Shown here: piece by piece, positions 39,599 to 48,975 of the stretch
Layout: each line of letters starts with the position of its first letter
Position numbering within the stretch: position 1 is the first letter of the stretch
Assembly: GCA_964654825.1 (NCBI GenBank)
Contig: CAZZKG010000014.1
Coordinates: forward strand, 1,416 to 65,415
Direction of reading: 5' to 3'
Source of the DNA: an uncultured Gemmatimonadota bacterium
GTDB taxonomy: Bacteria > Gemmatimonadota > CAZMKB01
DNA length: 64,000 bases
Position numbers and translations under genes: made by a program
Notes under the pieces: model-generated
The model's input: the letters and a program-made list of their open reading frames with translations, nothing else
What the model was told of the DNA's origin: nothing
Database searches by the model: none

Positions 39599-42460
39599 TT
39601 ACATTTTCACGAAAGCGCTCTTGACCGCTTCCCGGAGGGCAATGAGGCCTGCACGGACATCCGGACCGAGGTGTACTCTGAGTGCCCTCCGGTCCCGTTC
39701 CACCAGAACCTGAAAATCGCCGCGCGCCTCCGCCGCCTTCACCAGGCCGAATGTATAAGCCCTCCCCGGCACTTTCATGTCCACCGCATCGTCACCTGTC
39801 ACCTGTACAAACACACCGCTGTTCGGCCCGCCTTTATAGGCCTGTCCGGTCGAATGCAGAAACCGGGGTCCGAACCCCAGGCACGTGGCCACGTGTTTCC
39901 TGTCCCTGATCATGTGCCTGATCTCCTGAAGCAGAGCCTCATGAGCCGGATCGTTTTCGATGAAGGCCAGGAGGGCGAAGTAATCTCCGGCCCCGATCCT
40001 GTCCAGGTGCGCCCGGAGGTAGCCCTCGATCGAACGGTTTTCTCCGGAAGCTTTTCGTATGGCCTCGGCATTGTGCTCGTCGGTGAAAAGTTTCATGCCA
40101 TCGTTTTCGAGAATCGGGAACTCATCCGGGAGTGCACCTGTAGATTCGAAAGCACCGGTGAGTTCGCGTGTGACCTCTTTACTCGCTTCAACGTCGGGCT
40201 GATCGAACGGGTTTATACCCAGGACCGACCCGGCGACTGCAGTCGCAATCTCCCAGCGGAAGAACTCCTGCCCGAGATCGAATGGATGTGTGACACTGAT
40301 ACGCACGACGGGCTGCCCACTCTGCTCGATTCTTTCCATCGCTCTATCCTGAACGCCATCTGGCGCTGTTTCCAGCCTCATGTAGACAAATAACCGATCT
40401 TCTCCGTAAACATCCGGAGGCCCTGGTTCTTCCTTATCGACCGGGATGAGCGCCTTCGACTGTTTGCCGGTGGATTCGGCCAGAAGCTGCTCGAGCCACG
40501 CTCCCAGCCCGCCTATGCCCGGCGACGCCACAATGGTCACCTTGTCCCGACCCTGCGTCCCGCAGACTCCCAGGATAACACCGAGCAGCACACCGGGATT
40601 TTCCGCGGCCGGCACACACGACGAGCAGGCGACCGCCATCTCGTCGGCACGATCGAGAAAGGCGGGAGCATCGAGCCCTATTACGGCCGCCGGAACCATT
40701 CCGAAGTTGGAAAGTGCGGAGTACCTTCCGCCGATGGAAGGCACGCCATGAAAGATCTTTCTGAAATCTCTCGTCCGGGCGATCTCCTCCAGCTGCGACC
40801 CCGGATCGGTGATCGCGATGAAAGACGACCCCGCTTTGTCGGGTCCGGTTATCCCGCTTACAGAATCGAAGAAATAATCCAGAAGCACCGCCGGTTCGAG
40901 TGTCGTCCCGGATTTGCTCGACACGATGAACAGGGTTTCGGGAAGGTGAACCATGTCCTCCACGGTCTTTATCTGAGCAGGATCGACCGAGTCGAGGACA
41001 TAGAACCCGGGAAAACCATCGATCATTCCGAATGTCCCGGAGAGAACATCGGCACAGAGGCTCGAGCCGCCCATTCCGAGAAGAACAGCATTGGTGAAGT
41101 CGGCCTCTTTCACTTCGGTTGCAATGTCCCGCAGGTGTTTGCCATGCGCCGGTTGATCTTCGGTGACGTGCAACCATCCGACCCAGTCACCCTCATCGGT
41201 ACCGGTCCAGAGTGAAGTGTCCCCCGACCAGAGCTTCCTCACCTTTCCGCTCTTCTGCCATTCCTCGAGCGTGTCATTAACCTGCGAAGCAAGAGACCAC
41301 GGGAGTGTATAGTTCAGCCTGTTCACCTTCGGCATGGAGTTCTCCCGGCACCTTTTGTCCACGGCATTCAGCAGTTTGTCGAACGCCTCGACGAAGAGCT
41401 TCACCCCGTCTTCGAGCAGCGCATCAGTCACCTCCTCGATGGAGATGTCGGAATCAGCAAGTCTCTTCATGGTCTCGCGAGCATCCTCGATCCCCTCTTC
41501 GAGACTCGAACGCGGCTGTCCATGATCCCTGAATGCTTCGATTACGGAGGGGGGCATGGTATTCACGGTGTCGGGACCGATCAATTCTTCGACGTAGAGA
41601 AGGTCGCTGTAAGCGGGATTCTTCGTGCTCGTACTCGCCCAGAGGACCCGCTGGGTCTTTGCGCCTGAAGCTGAAAGAGCATCCCAGCGTTTTCCCCGGA
41701 ATATCTTTTTGTAGTCCTGATAGATGAGCTTGGCGTTCGCCACCGCCACTTTCCCACGTATGTTCTCGAGCTCCTCCCGCCGGTCAGTGTCGATGACCGA
41801 TTCGAGAAGGCCCGTGATGACGGCATCGACCGCCGTATCGATGCGGCTCAGAAAAAAGCTCGCCACACTCCCGATGGAACCGACATCGCCACCTTCTCCA
41901 GCAAGATCTTCGAGCCCGGCGAAGTAGGCTTCTGCAACAGGCCGATAGATCTCTCGTGAGAAGATGAGTGTCACGTTTACATTGATACCCTCACTGATGA
42001 GCTGCCTGACAGCGGGCAACCCTTCAGGGGTGGCGGGGACCTTGATCATGAGGTTCTTCCGGCCCACGGCTTCCCAGAGCTTCCGGGCTTCGGTCACCGT
42101 CCCATCCGTGTCGTGAGCGAGATACGGAGAGACCTCGAGACTGACGTACCCGTCGCGTCCTCCCGTCGCCTCGTGGATTGGGGCGAGGACATCCGCGGCA
42201 TCTCTCACATCCCGGACCGCCAGTTTTTCATAGAGGGCTTTCGCGTCGAGTTGCTTATCGTACCGCAGTCGATCGAGGAGGTCGGTATAATCGGAGCTTC
42301 CGGTAATCGCCTTCTGGAAGATGGCCGGGTTCGAGGTTACACCGGCGAGGCCGTCCTCATCGACGAGACTCTGTAATTCACCGCTGGTGATTAGACCGCG
42401 GCGAATATAGTCGAGCCACACCGACTGGCCCGTCTCCTTCAATCCCACAAATGGATTCAT
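39599..42460 (-). CDS. tal-pgi: Bifunctional transaldolase / glucose-6-phosphate isomerase fusion protein
   Basis: An N-terminal ~370 aa transaldolase (...WLDYIRRGLITSGELQSLVDEDGLAGVTSNPAIFQKAI...) followed by a PGI domain (...GGRYSALSNFGMVPAAVIGLD...). 953 aa in total. Confidence 0.85.
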   Translation of the reverse strand: MNPFVGLKETGQSVWLDYIRRGLITSGELQSLVDEDGLAGVTSNPAIFQKAITGSSDYTDLLDRLRYDKQLDAKALYEKLAVRDVRDAADVLAPIHEATGGRDGYVSLEVSPYLAHDTDGTVTEARKLWEAVGRKNLMIKVPATPEGLPAVRQLISEGINVNVTLIFSREIYRPVAEAYFAGLEDLAGEGGDVGSIGSVASFFLSRIDTAVDAVITGLLESVIDTDRREELENIRGKVAVANAKLIYQDYKKIFRGKRWDALSASGAKTQRVLWASTSTKNPAYSDLLYVEELIGPDTVNTMPPSVIEAFRDHGQPRSSLEEGIEDARETMKRLADSDISIEEVTDALLEDGVKLFVEAFDKLLNAVDKRCRENSMPKVNRLNYTLPWSLASQVNDTLEEWQKSGKVRKLWSGDTSLWTGTDEGDWVGWLHVTEDQPAHGKHLRDIATEVKEADFTNAVLLGMGGSSLCADVLSGTFGMIDGFPGFYVLDSVDPAQIKTVEDMVHLPETLFIVSSKSGTTLEPAVLLDYFFDSVSGITGPDKAGSSFIAITDPGSQLEEIARTRDFRKIFHGVPSIGGRYSALSNFGMVPAAVIGLDAPAFLDRADEMAVACSSCVPAAENPGVLLGVILGVCGTQGRDKVTIVASPGIGGLGAWLEQLLAESTGKQSKALIPVDKEEPGPPDVYGEDRLFVYMRLETAPDGVQDRAMERIEQSGQPVVRISVTHPFDLGQEFFRWEIATAVAGSVLGINPFDQPDVEASKEVTRELTGAFESTGALPDEFPILENDGMKLFTDEHNAEAIRKASGENRSIEGYLRAHLDRIGAGDYFALLAFIENDPAHEALLQEIRHMIRDRKHVATCLGFGPRFLHSTGQAYKGGPNSGVFVQVTGDDAVDMKVPGRAYTFGLVKAAEARGDFQVLVERDRRALRVHLGPDVRAGLIALREAVKSAFVKM

Positions 42461-42568
42461 GTCCGTCCTCCTCTATCGATTACCGTGCACATCCTTCTCA
42501 AACCTCTGAAAGTATTCTCAGACATCACAATCAGTCCCCACCGTTCACATCCCATCATCCTTAACAAT

Positions 42569-44650
42569 CTATCTCTTCTCAGACAGCAGTCTTCCGGCAA
42601 CAGCTGCCACATTCCCGGGGGTAAACCCGAATTTCTTCTGAAGTTCCTTCAGGGGAGCCGACGCTCCGAAGGTCTTCATCCCGACATGTATACCCTTGCA
42701 ACCCACGTAACGTTCCCAGCCTAGGCCCGAGGCCTGTTCCACTGAAATCCTCGCTTCGACATCGGGCAGGATCACGCTGTCCCTGTATGCCTGATCCTGT
42801 TCTTCGAAGAGCTCCCACGAAGGCATGCTTACCACACGCGTCTTGATACCATCTTCCGTTAGGAGTTCCCGTGCCTCGAGGCAGAGGGACACTTCGCTTC
42901 CGCTCGCGAGAAGAATAACATCAGGACGACCTTTATCCGGATCCGCTAGCACATACGCACCCCTCGAGAGCCCCTGTGCCGGAGTCAGGAGAGATCGGTC
43001 GAGAACGGGGAGCGCCTGTCTCGAAAGCACTAACGCGACAGGCTTGTGCTTGAGCCGCGCAATCACCTTCCAGGCTTCGACGACCTCGTTCGCATCGGCG
43101 GGTCTAAGGGTGATGAGACCGGGTACTGCCCGCAACGAAGCCAGCTGCTCCACGGGTTGATGAGTCGGCCCATCCTCTCCCACACCGATCGAGTCATGGG
43201 TGAATATATAGATAACCGGAAGCTCCATGAGGGAGCTCAACCTGATGGCCGGCCGTGAATAATCACTGAAGATCAGAAACCCCGACCCATAGGGTCTGAT
43301 TTTGCAGTGAGAGAGCCCGTTCAGGATGGATGCCATGGCGTTCTCACGGATGCCGAAATGGAAATTCCGTCCGCTGTAATCATCACTCGTAAAATCTCCC
43401 GCTCCGTCCAGAACGATACGCGTCTTCGTCGACGGCGCCAGATCGGCGGAGCCGCCGATGAGCCACGGTACGTTTTGAGCTATTGCATTCAAAACTCTGC
43501 CTGACGCTTCGCGACCGGACATGCCTTTTGAATCCGGAGTGAACGCCGGGAGGTCTTTATCCCAGCCATCCGGGAGCAGACGGTGCTGCATGCTGTATAG
43601 TTGATCGGCCAATTCCGGATAGTGCTCTTTATACTCATCGAACTTCTCGATCCAGGCATCCCGGAGAGAACGACCCCGCTTCCCGATTTTCTCGTCGAAG
43701 TGCTCCCGGACACCATCGGGGATGAGATATCTGGCATCCTCCGGCCAGCCGTAGTTGCGCTTCGTCAGGCGAATTTCTTCTTCACCGAGGGGCGCTCCGT
43801 GAGCGGCGCTCGTGTCCTGCTTGTGAGGGGAGCCATACGCGATGTGGCTGTCCACGATGATGAGGGTCGGCCTGTCATCCTCCTTCCTGAAGGTTTGAAG
43901 AGCACGATCGAGCATCTGCAGATCATTGGCATCACCGACTCTCGTCACGTTCCAGCCGTAAGCTGCGAAGCGGGCGGCAACATCCTCGGTAAAGGTCCAG
44001 TCCGTGTGGCCTTCGATGGTTATCTTGTTGTTATCATATATCCAGCAGAGATTGGTGAGCTTGAGGTGGCCGGCAAGTGAAGCCGATTCAGAAGTGACAC
44101 CTTCCATCATGTCGCCGTCTCCGCAGAAGGCATAGACGTCGTAGGAGAACATTTCGAATCCGGGTCGGTTGAAATAGCTCGCCATCCATTTGCCGGCAAT
44201 GGCCATCCCCGTGCTGACAGCGACACCCTGCCCGAGCGGACCGGTCGTCGTCTCGACGCCGGAGGTCCATCGATACTCAGGGTGGCCCGGGCATTTGCTG
44301 TCGAGCTGCCTGAACCGCTTGATATCCTCGAGCGTAACGGCCGGCTCGCCGATGGTCTCATACTTCGGATTTACCGCCTTCACCGAACACAGATGCAGCA
44401 TCGAATAGAGCAGCATCGAAGCATGCCCGATTGACAGAATGAAACGATCACGGTTCGGCCAGATCGGGTCAGCCGGATCGTACCGCAGAAACCGCTGCCA
44501 CAGGCAGTACACCACCGGGGCGAGGGCCATGGCAGTGCCCGGGTGGCCCGAGTTGGCATCCTGCACGGCATCCATCGAAAGTGTACGAATCGTGTTGATG
44601 CACAGTTGATCGATCTGCCCAAAACCGGTGGATCCATTTCTCGACTGCAT
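42569..44650 (-). CDS. tkt: Transketolase
   Basis: ...IRTLSMDAVQDANSGHPGTAMALAPVVYCLW... ThDP-binding motif; 693 aa. Confidence 0.9.
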   Translation of the reverse strand: MQSRNGSTGFGQIDQLCINTIRTLSMDAVQDANSGHPGTAMALAPVVYCLWQRFLRYDPADPIWPNRDRFILSIGHASMLLYSMLHLCSVKAVNPKYETIGEPAVTLEDIKRFRQLDSKCPGHPEYRWTSGVETTTGPLGQGVAVSTGMAIAGKWMASYFNRPGFEMFSYDVYAFCGDGDMMEGVTSESASLAGHLKLTNLCWIYDNNKITIEGHTDWTFTEDVAARFAAYGWNVTRVGDANDLQMLDRALQTFRKEDDRPTLIIVDSHIAYGSPHKQDTSAAHGAPLGEEEIRLTKRNYGWPEDARYLIPDGVREHFDEKIGKRGRSLRDAWIEKFDEYKEHYPELADQLYSMQHRLLPDGWDKDLPAFTPDSKGMSGREASGRVLNAIAQNVPWLIGGSADLAPSTKTRIVLDGAGDFTSDDYSGRNFHFGIRENAMASILNGLSHCKIRPYGSGFLIFSDYSRPAIRLSSLMELPVIYIFTHDSIGVGEDGPTHQPVEQLASLRAVPGLITLRPADANEVVEAWKVIARLKHKPVALVLSRQALPVLDRSLLTPAQGLSRGAYVLADPDKGRPDVILLASGSEVSLCLEARELLTEDGIKTRVVSMPSWELFEEQDQAYRDSVILPDVEARISVEQASGLGWERYVGCKGIHVGMKTFGASAPLKELQKKFGFTPGNVAAVAGRLLSEKR

Positions 44651-44764
44651 GCATGTTCCTCCTTAAAAGAGAAGGGCTCTCCTTCCATATGTGTCAATAC
44701 ACTATTGTCGCGGTAAATGCTGGAAACGGAAGCTCCGTTCCTACAAAGTTAGGATTATCGACAT

Positions 44765-44850
44765 TTAATTCAAGAGGAACCTAACAGGTTCTCACTGACC
44801 ACGACTCCGGGCAGGAAGAGCACACCGATTAAATTGGATTGTCTGAAGAG
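44765..44850. repeat. Diverged direct repeat A (~85 nt, ~85 % identical to 46726-46811): displaced copy of the AGCS gene 3' end
   Basis: taattcaagaggaacctaacaggttctcactgaccacgactccgggcaggaagagcacaccgattaaattgg versus taattcaagtggaacctgacaggctctccctgaccactactccggacaaaaagagtaaaccgatcaaattgg. On the minus strand it encodes ...NLIGVLFLPGVVVSENLLGSS*, against the AGCS C-terminus ...NLIGLLFLSGVVVRESLSGST*. Confidence 0.7.
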
Positions 44851-44985
44851 AATCCGGAGGCGGAAAGCTTTGTGCATATCGATCTCCACATACACCTCTT
44901 TTCTGCTTGCAACAACGATTGCTTTAAAGTAATATCTAATCATGGCGCGTCTCCAATTGCAGGAGAGAATGAAAAAACCCGGCAT
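44770..44985 (-). pseudogene. Fragment of an AGCS-symporter 3' end (only the last ~25 codons are AGCS-like); the rest of the 71-codon ORF is unrelated read-through
   Basis: See repeat A. The N-terminal 45 aa (MPGFFILSCNWRRAMIRYYFKAIVVASRKEVYVEIDMHKAFRLRILFRQS) have no AGCS similarity. Confidence 0.45.
44907..44935 (+). promoter_or_regulatory. Putative sigma70-type promoter of the inserted HEAT/PRiA4-ORF3 gene
   Basis: TTGCAA-N17-TAATAT about 65 nt upstream of the ATG at 45000. Confidence 0.35.
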
Positions 44986-44999
44986 GAAAGGATGAGAGC

Positions 45000-46514
45000 A
45001 TGAGGTCGGTAGGAGAAGAAATCAAAAAGTTTATGAAGGAATGGGATGAGGAAGATCTATATGAAATCCTTTATGAAAAATTGGCCAGGGAGCGTGCGAA
45101 GGTAGTCGACAAACTTGTCTCCCTGCGAAAACCAGCCGTCCCCCATTTGTTAGCGATGCTGGAGGAACAGGACACCTGGAACCCACTGATAGCGATCGAT
45201 GCTCTGGGGGAGATTGGTGATAAAAGGGCGATAAAGCCCCTGGTCGACATGCTGGAAGACCCGGATTTTGGTGAAGCCGCCTGTCATGCACTGAAGAAAT
45301 TCGGACCTGTATGTATCCCGGATGTAATCGCGAAGCTCAGATACAGGATCGCAAATCCCGTTGAAGAAGAATCGACATTTGTGAAAATAACATCTTATGC
45401 CCTGACGACGATCGGGGAAATCAGGTCCGATGAATCAATCGGATTTCTCAATGCATTGTTGGACGACTATATGTCTGAAATTCCGGAGGAGCCATTTGAT
45501 CCGGCGGAACACGACTGGAAATACAGGAATGTCGACTTCTTCCACCTGTTGGATTGTCTGGTCAAGCAGCAGGATGAAAGGGCTATTCCTCATATCAAAA
45601 AGGCACGGGATTTATTTCCGAAAAATTACACCGAGTATACGGTCTGCCAGCTCGCCATTGAAAGGATAGAAAAGGGGGAAATGGAAGGGTATCTCCCCAT
45701 GGATGCTCTGGAGATCGCAATGCCTTTTGAAACCATTATGAAAATGTTATCCGGGGGAGAAATCGGAGGGGAAAGTGGTTTTAATGGAGAATCCGGCGAG
45801 GACTTTCCGCTCGAAGAGGAGTGGGGCCTGAAAGTGAAAAAGGAAATCCCGAAGGGCGCGTGTTGCCTCTGCGGCAAAACTTATACTGGGGCTGGGATGA
45901 CGAGGCACTTGAGATCGTGCCTGTCGAAGGATGTATCAACAAAGCCGCCGGGCGGGAATAGTCTCGAAAAAACAAAGACTTTTCATCTTGTCATCAGCGG
46001 GGCTTACCTCTCTGAATATTGGATGCATCTCGAAGTTCCCGCCCGTGCCACTTTGAATGACCTTGATAAGTTCCTCAGGCGGATCTGGCTCGAATGCTGT
46101 GGCCATATGAGTGCGTATACCATCGAAGGGACGACCTACTCCTCCGGCCCGATTAAAGAGTACGGCGACAAGAGTATGTATGCCAAACTGGGCAATGTCC
46201 TGTCTGCCGGGATGACATTTCACTATGAGTATGACTTCGGCTCGACAACCAGACTTGTCATACGAGTCGCCTCGGAGCTGGAGAGACCTGTAGAGGGTAA
46301 ACTGATCAAGCTCCTGGCCAGGAATGACCCCCCGGGGATCACCTGTGAGGCGTGCGATAATAAGGCCACCTGGGTATGCAGCCAGTGCATTTATGATGAC
46401 ACAGGCTGGCTTTGCGACCGGTGTGCTTCAGAACATGAGTGCGGTGAGGAGATGCTCCTGCCTGTCGTGAATTCCCCCCGCGTCGGCACCTGTGCTTACG
46501 GAGAAGTAGTGTAA
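45000..46514 (+). CDS. HEAT-repeat (PBS-lyase-like) + plasmid pRiA4b ORF-3-like domain + Cys-rich (zinc-finger-like) C-terminal protein, of lower GC than its surroundings
   Basis: HEAT repeats ...AIDALGEIGDKRAIKPLVDMLEDPD... . PRiA4_ORF3-like block FHLVISGAYLSEYWMHLEVPARATLNDLDKFLRRIWLECCGHMSAYTIEG...FHYEYDFGSTTRLVIRV (compare the family pattern YxLKVxLxGxxPPIWRRxxVPxxxTLxxLHxVIQxAMGW...YxYDFGDxWxH). C-terminus CEACDNKATWVCSQCIYDDTGWLCDRCASEHEC. Confidence 0.7.
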   Translation: MRSVGEEIKKFMKEWDEEDLYEILYEKLARERAKVVDKLVSLRKPAVPHLLAMLEEQDTWNPLIAIDALGEIGDKRAIKPLVDMLEDPDFGEAACHALKKFGPVCIPDVIAKLRYRIANPVEEESTFVKITSYALTTIGEIRSDESIGFLNALLDDYMSEIPEEPFDPAEHDWKYRNVDFFHLLDCLVKQQDERAIPHIKKARDLFPKNYTEYTVCQLAIERIEKGEMEGYLPMDALEIAMPFETIMKMLSGGEIGGESGFNGESGEDFPLEEEWGLKVKKEIPKGACCLCGKTYTGAGMTRHLRSCLSKDVSTKPPGGNSLEKTKTFHLVISGAYLSEYWMHLEVPARATLNDLDKFLRRIWLECCGHMSAYTIEGTTYSSGPIKEYGDKSMYAKLGNVLSAGMTFHYEYDFGSTTRLVIRVASELERPVEGKLIKLLARNDPPGITCEACDNKATWVCSQCIYDDTGWLCDRCASEHECGEEMLLPVVNSPRVGTCAYGEVV

Positions 46515-46725
46515 AGTGTAATTACCTGATAAATCCATTGCACAAGGATTTCTCAAAATCGGATATATCGAAACCAGAGATTTTAGACATTGATCCTCGA
46601 TTATTTGGTCGATGAGGATGCCAAATGGCCCTTAACCCAATAGCTTTCACCGAAAAGGTCGTCAAGAATTTCCTAAGTGATATACACACGATTGTCTCGG
46701 GTCATCAATGCATCCCGACACATAG

Positions 46726-46811
46726 GTAATTCAAGTGGAACCTGACAGGCTCTCCCTGACCACTACTCCGGACAAAAAGAGTAAACCGATCAAATTGGGG
46801 ATTGTCCCGAG
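46726..46811. repeat. Direct repeat B: the functional 3' end of the AGCS gene (partner of repeat A)
   Basis: See repeat A. The similarity starts ~6 nt 3' of the AGCS stop codon and runs ~85-95 nt into the coding sequence. Confidence 0.7.
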
Positions 46812-48065
46812 ACCATTCAAAATATCGGCGATGCTCCAGACCGTCTCGACCTGGAGTACGGTCCCGGTGATCATAATGATGCAGAAAGCCCAGCGGAACG
46901 GCTTCCTCACCCGGCTCCCGAACAGGTAGGAAAAACACTGCTCACCGTAGTACGGCCAGCTGATGAGTGTCGAGTAACCGAAGAGGAAAGAAGCCGATAC
47001 AACGATGAGACCGAGTCCCGGAAGGGTGTTTTCGAAGCAGTTTCTCGTGAGTGCCGTACTCGTTGTCCCCCCCGTCCAGAGCCCGCTGGAGAGGATGACG
47101 ACACCGGTTATCGTACAGACCACCAGGGTATCTACGAACACATCCATCATCGCCAGGAGCCCCTGGCTCTTCGGGTCCCGGGTACGGGCGGCACCGTGAG
47201 CGATGGGTGCGCTGCCGGTCCCGGCTTCATTCGAATAAATTCCTCTCGAGATCCCGTATCTCATTGCCATCCTGACGGAGGCACCGGCAAATCCTCCGGC
47301 GGCTGCCATGGGAGTGAAGGCCGCGTCGAACACCATAAAAAACACTCCCGGTATCACTTCGATGTTGCGCACGATTACATACAACCCTCCGCTGAGATAG
47401 AGGAGAACCATTATGGGTGAAAGCTTTTCAGCGATCTTCCCAATTCTCTTGATACCACCGATGATAACCAGCCAGGTCAGTACCGAGAGGACGATACCCG
47501 TGAGGAGATGTGGAGCACCGAATTCCTGCTCGAACGCGATAGCGATGGAGCTCGTCTGGACGATTGAAGTGGAAACCAGCGTCCGCACGCCCAGGAAAAA
47601 TGCGAAGGCCGCGGCCAGATGACGGAATCCGGCCCCTTTACTGAGATAGTACATCGGCCCCGCGGCGATCGAGCCGTCCTCGTTCCTCCGGCGGTATTTA
47701 ACGCCGAGGAAGGCTTCGGCATACTTGGTGGCCATACCGAGGAATCCGCTCACCCACATCCAGAAAAGGGCACCCGGGCCTCCGGAAACGATGGCGGTAG
47801 CCACCCCGGCTATGTTTCCATTGCCGACAGTTCCGGCGAGGGAGGTCATGAGTGCCTGAAACGGCGTGATATCTCCCGGCACATCGGAAGAGACGAGCCG
47901 CCTGGCTTTCCCGAACATGATGGAGAGGGCTCGTCCGAATTCACCGACCTGCATCAGTCTCAACCTGAAGGTGAGAAGCAGCCCGACTCCGAAAAGGAGC
48001 GCGAGAAGGGGAATACCCCAGAGGAGCGTTCCCAGAAATTGGATGATTGAATTTATCTGGTTCAT
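46731..48065 (-). CDS. Alanine/glycine:cation symporter (AGCS family)
   Basis: MNQINSIIQFLGTLLWGIPLLALLFGVGLLLTFRLRLMQ... and 10-11 TM helices typical of sodium:alanine symporters. Confidence 0.85.
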   Translation of the reverse strand: MNQINSIIQFLGTLLWGIPLLALLFGVGLLLTFRLRLMQVGEFGRALSIMFGKARRLVSSDVPGDITPFQALMTSLAGTVGNGNIAGVATAIVSGGPGALFWMWVSGFLGMATKYAEAFLGVKYRRRNEDGSIAAGPMYYLSKGAGFRHLAAAFAFFLGVRTLVSTSIVQTSSIAIAFEQEFGAPHLLTGIVLSVLTWLVIIGGIKRIGKIAEKLSPIMVLLYLSGGLYVIVRNIEVIPGVFFMVFDAAFTPMAAAGGFAGASVRMAMRYGISRGIYSNEAGTGSAPIAHGAARTRDPKSQGLLAMMDVFVDTLVVCTITGVVILSSGLWTGGTTSTALTRNCFENTLPGLGLIVVSASFLFGYSTLISWPYYGEQCFSYLFGSRVRKPFRWAFCIIMITGTVLQVETVWSIADILNGLGTIPNLIGLLFLSGVVVRESLSGST

Positions 48066-48197
48066 GCTGGTGACAGGACCGGGATTTGACTCATATTACA
48101 GCTTGAGGTCGAACGGGTCAAGGGTTTCCGGCAGGACAGAAGAGGTTGCAACGCGCGGTATTCACTGGTATCCTGTAAGATCCGGCTGTAATTTCAG

Positions 48198-48233
48198 AAA
48201 AAAAGCAGGGCACCCACACAAGCGGGGCGCCCT
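48198..48233 (-). terminator. Rho-independent terminator-like hairpin in the AGCS leader, downstream of the small ORF (minus strand)
   Basis: Stem AGGGCGCCC/GGGUGCCCU (9 bp, one G-U pair) followed by GCUUUUUUU on the minus strand. It is preceded by a second hairpin ggggattgc...gcaatcccc at ~48241-48269. Confidence 0.5.
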
Positions 48234-48372
48234 ACTTAATTGGGGATTGCTGGGGAGGAAGGCAATCCCCGAGCTGAGGAACCTCAAGAGGGCATTTCTG
48301 CAAGGTATTCCAACGGGCTTGCCAACGAGCATGGGCAGCGCCCTTAGAGGTTCTTCGGAAACTTCTCTGGCT

Positions 48373-48540
48373 TCAACCTACCTTGACAAGTTTCTTCGCC
48401 TTGAATATCCGGCAATTATGATGTTTTCTCGAAAGACAGTAGTTGAGGATCTCATCCGGCGTCGGCGGTGCCAGGCCGTAGATGTGTTCTCTGCAACCGT
48501 TGAATAGATTAGGACAAATACCCGGTTTTTTGGTCTTCAT
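48373..48540 (-). CDS. Small Cys-rich ORF (55 aa), MKTKKPGICPNLFNGCREHIYGLAPPTPDEILNYCLSRKHHNCRIFKAKKLVKVG, with a strong RBS; not in the ORF track (<60 aa)
   Basis: AGGAGG lies 8 nt upstream of the ATG. Two CX6C pairs suggest a zinc-ribbon-like fold. It lies between the S8 protease and AGCS genes. Confidence 0.35.
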   Translation of the reverse strand: MKTKKPGICPNLFNGCREHIYGLAPPTPDEILNYCLSRKHHNCRIFKAKKLVKVG

Positions 48541-48860
48541 GAATCGGCCCTCCTGTTCAAACCGGCCTGTTCACGACCTTCACCTCACTGATCTCGAATC
48601 AATCAGAATGAGTAATTTATAAACATTTTCATTTCCCATTCTGCCGATCTTGTGTTCATTATACACATGCAAGTGTTATGCCAGTACCCCGAACCTCATA
48701 ACTCATTGAAAACAAAGGAGATTTATTTTAGAGCAGGGCAGAAAGGCGGAAAAAGTGTCGAATATTTATTACCCATGTACAGAATTAGTCGATATTACCA
48801 TGAAACATATTGCCCCGACGAGGAAAGTTTTACCCCGGGCGCTCCCTGCCGTGCGTACAT

Positions 48861-48896
48861 AAAAACAGGGTTGCCCCTATGGAAGAAGCAACCCTG
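48861..48896 (-). terminator. Rho-independent terminator of the S8 protease gene (minus strand)
   Basis: 9-bp stem cagggttgc/gcaaccctg with a 13-nt loop, followed on the minus strand by UUUUU (plus-strand aaaaa at 48861-48865). Confidence 0.6.
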
Positions 48897-48975
48897 AAAC
48901 ATATAAACCGAATCACCGGTGAAGCGGGCTCCCGCCAGCGTCAGTTCGCAAGGTCGGAAACTCGCCTCACACCGA

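Noticed and set aside
48652-48897. 81-aa ORF (MFIIHMQVLCQYPEPHN...) in the AT-rich stretch downstream of the S8 protease
   Set aside because: It overlaps the protease terminator hairpin, has no RBS and no recognisable features. It is probably non-coding AT-rich spacer.
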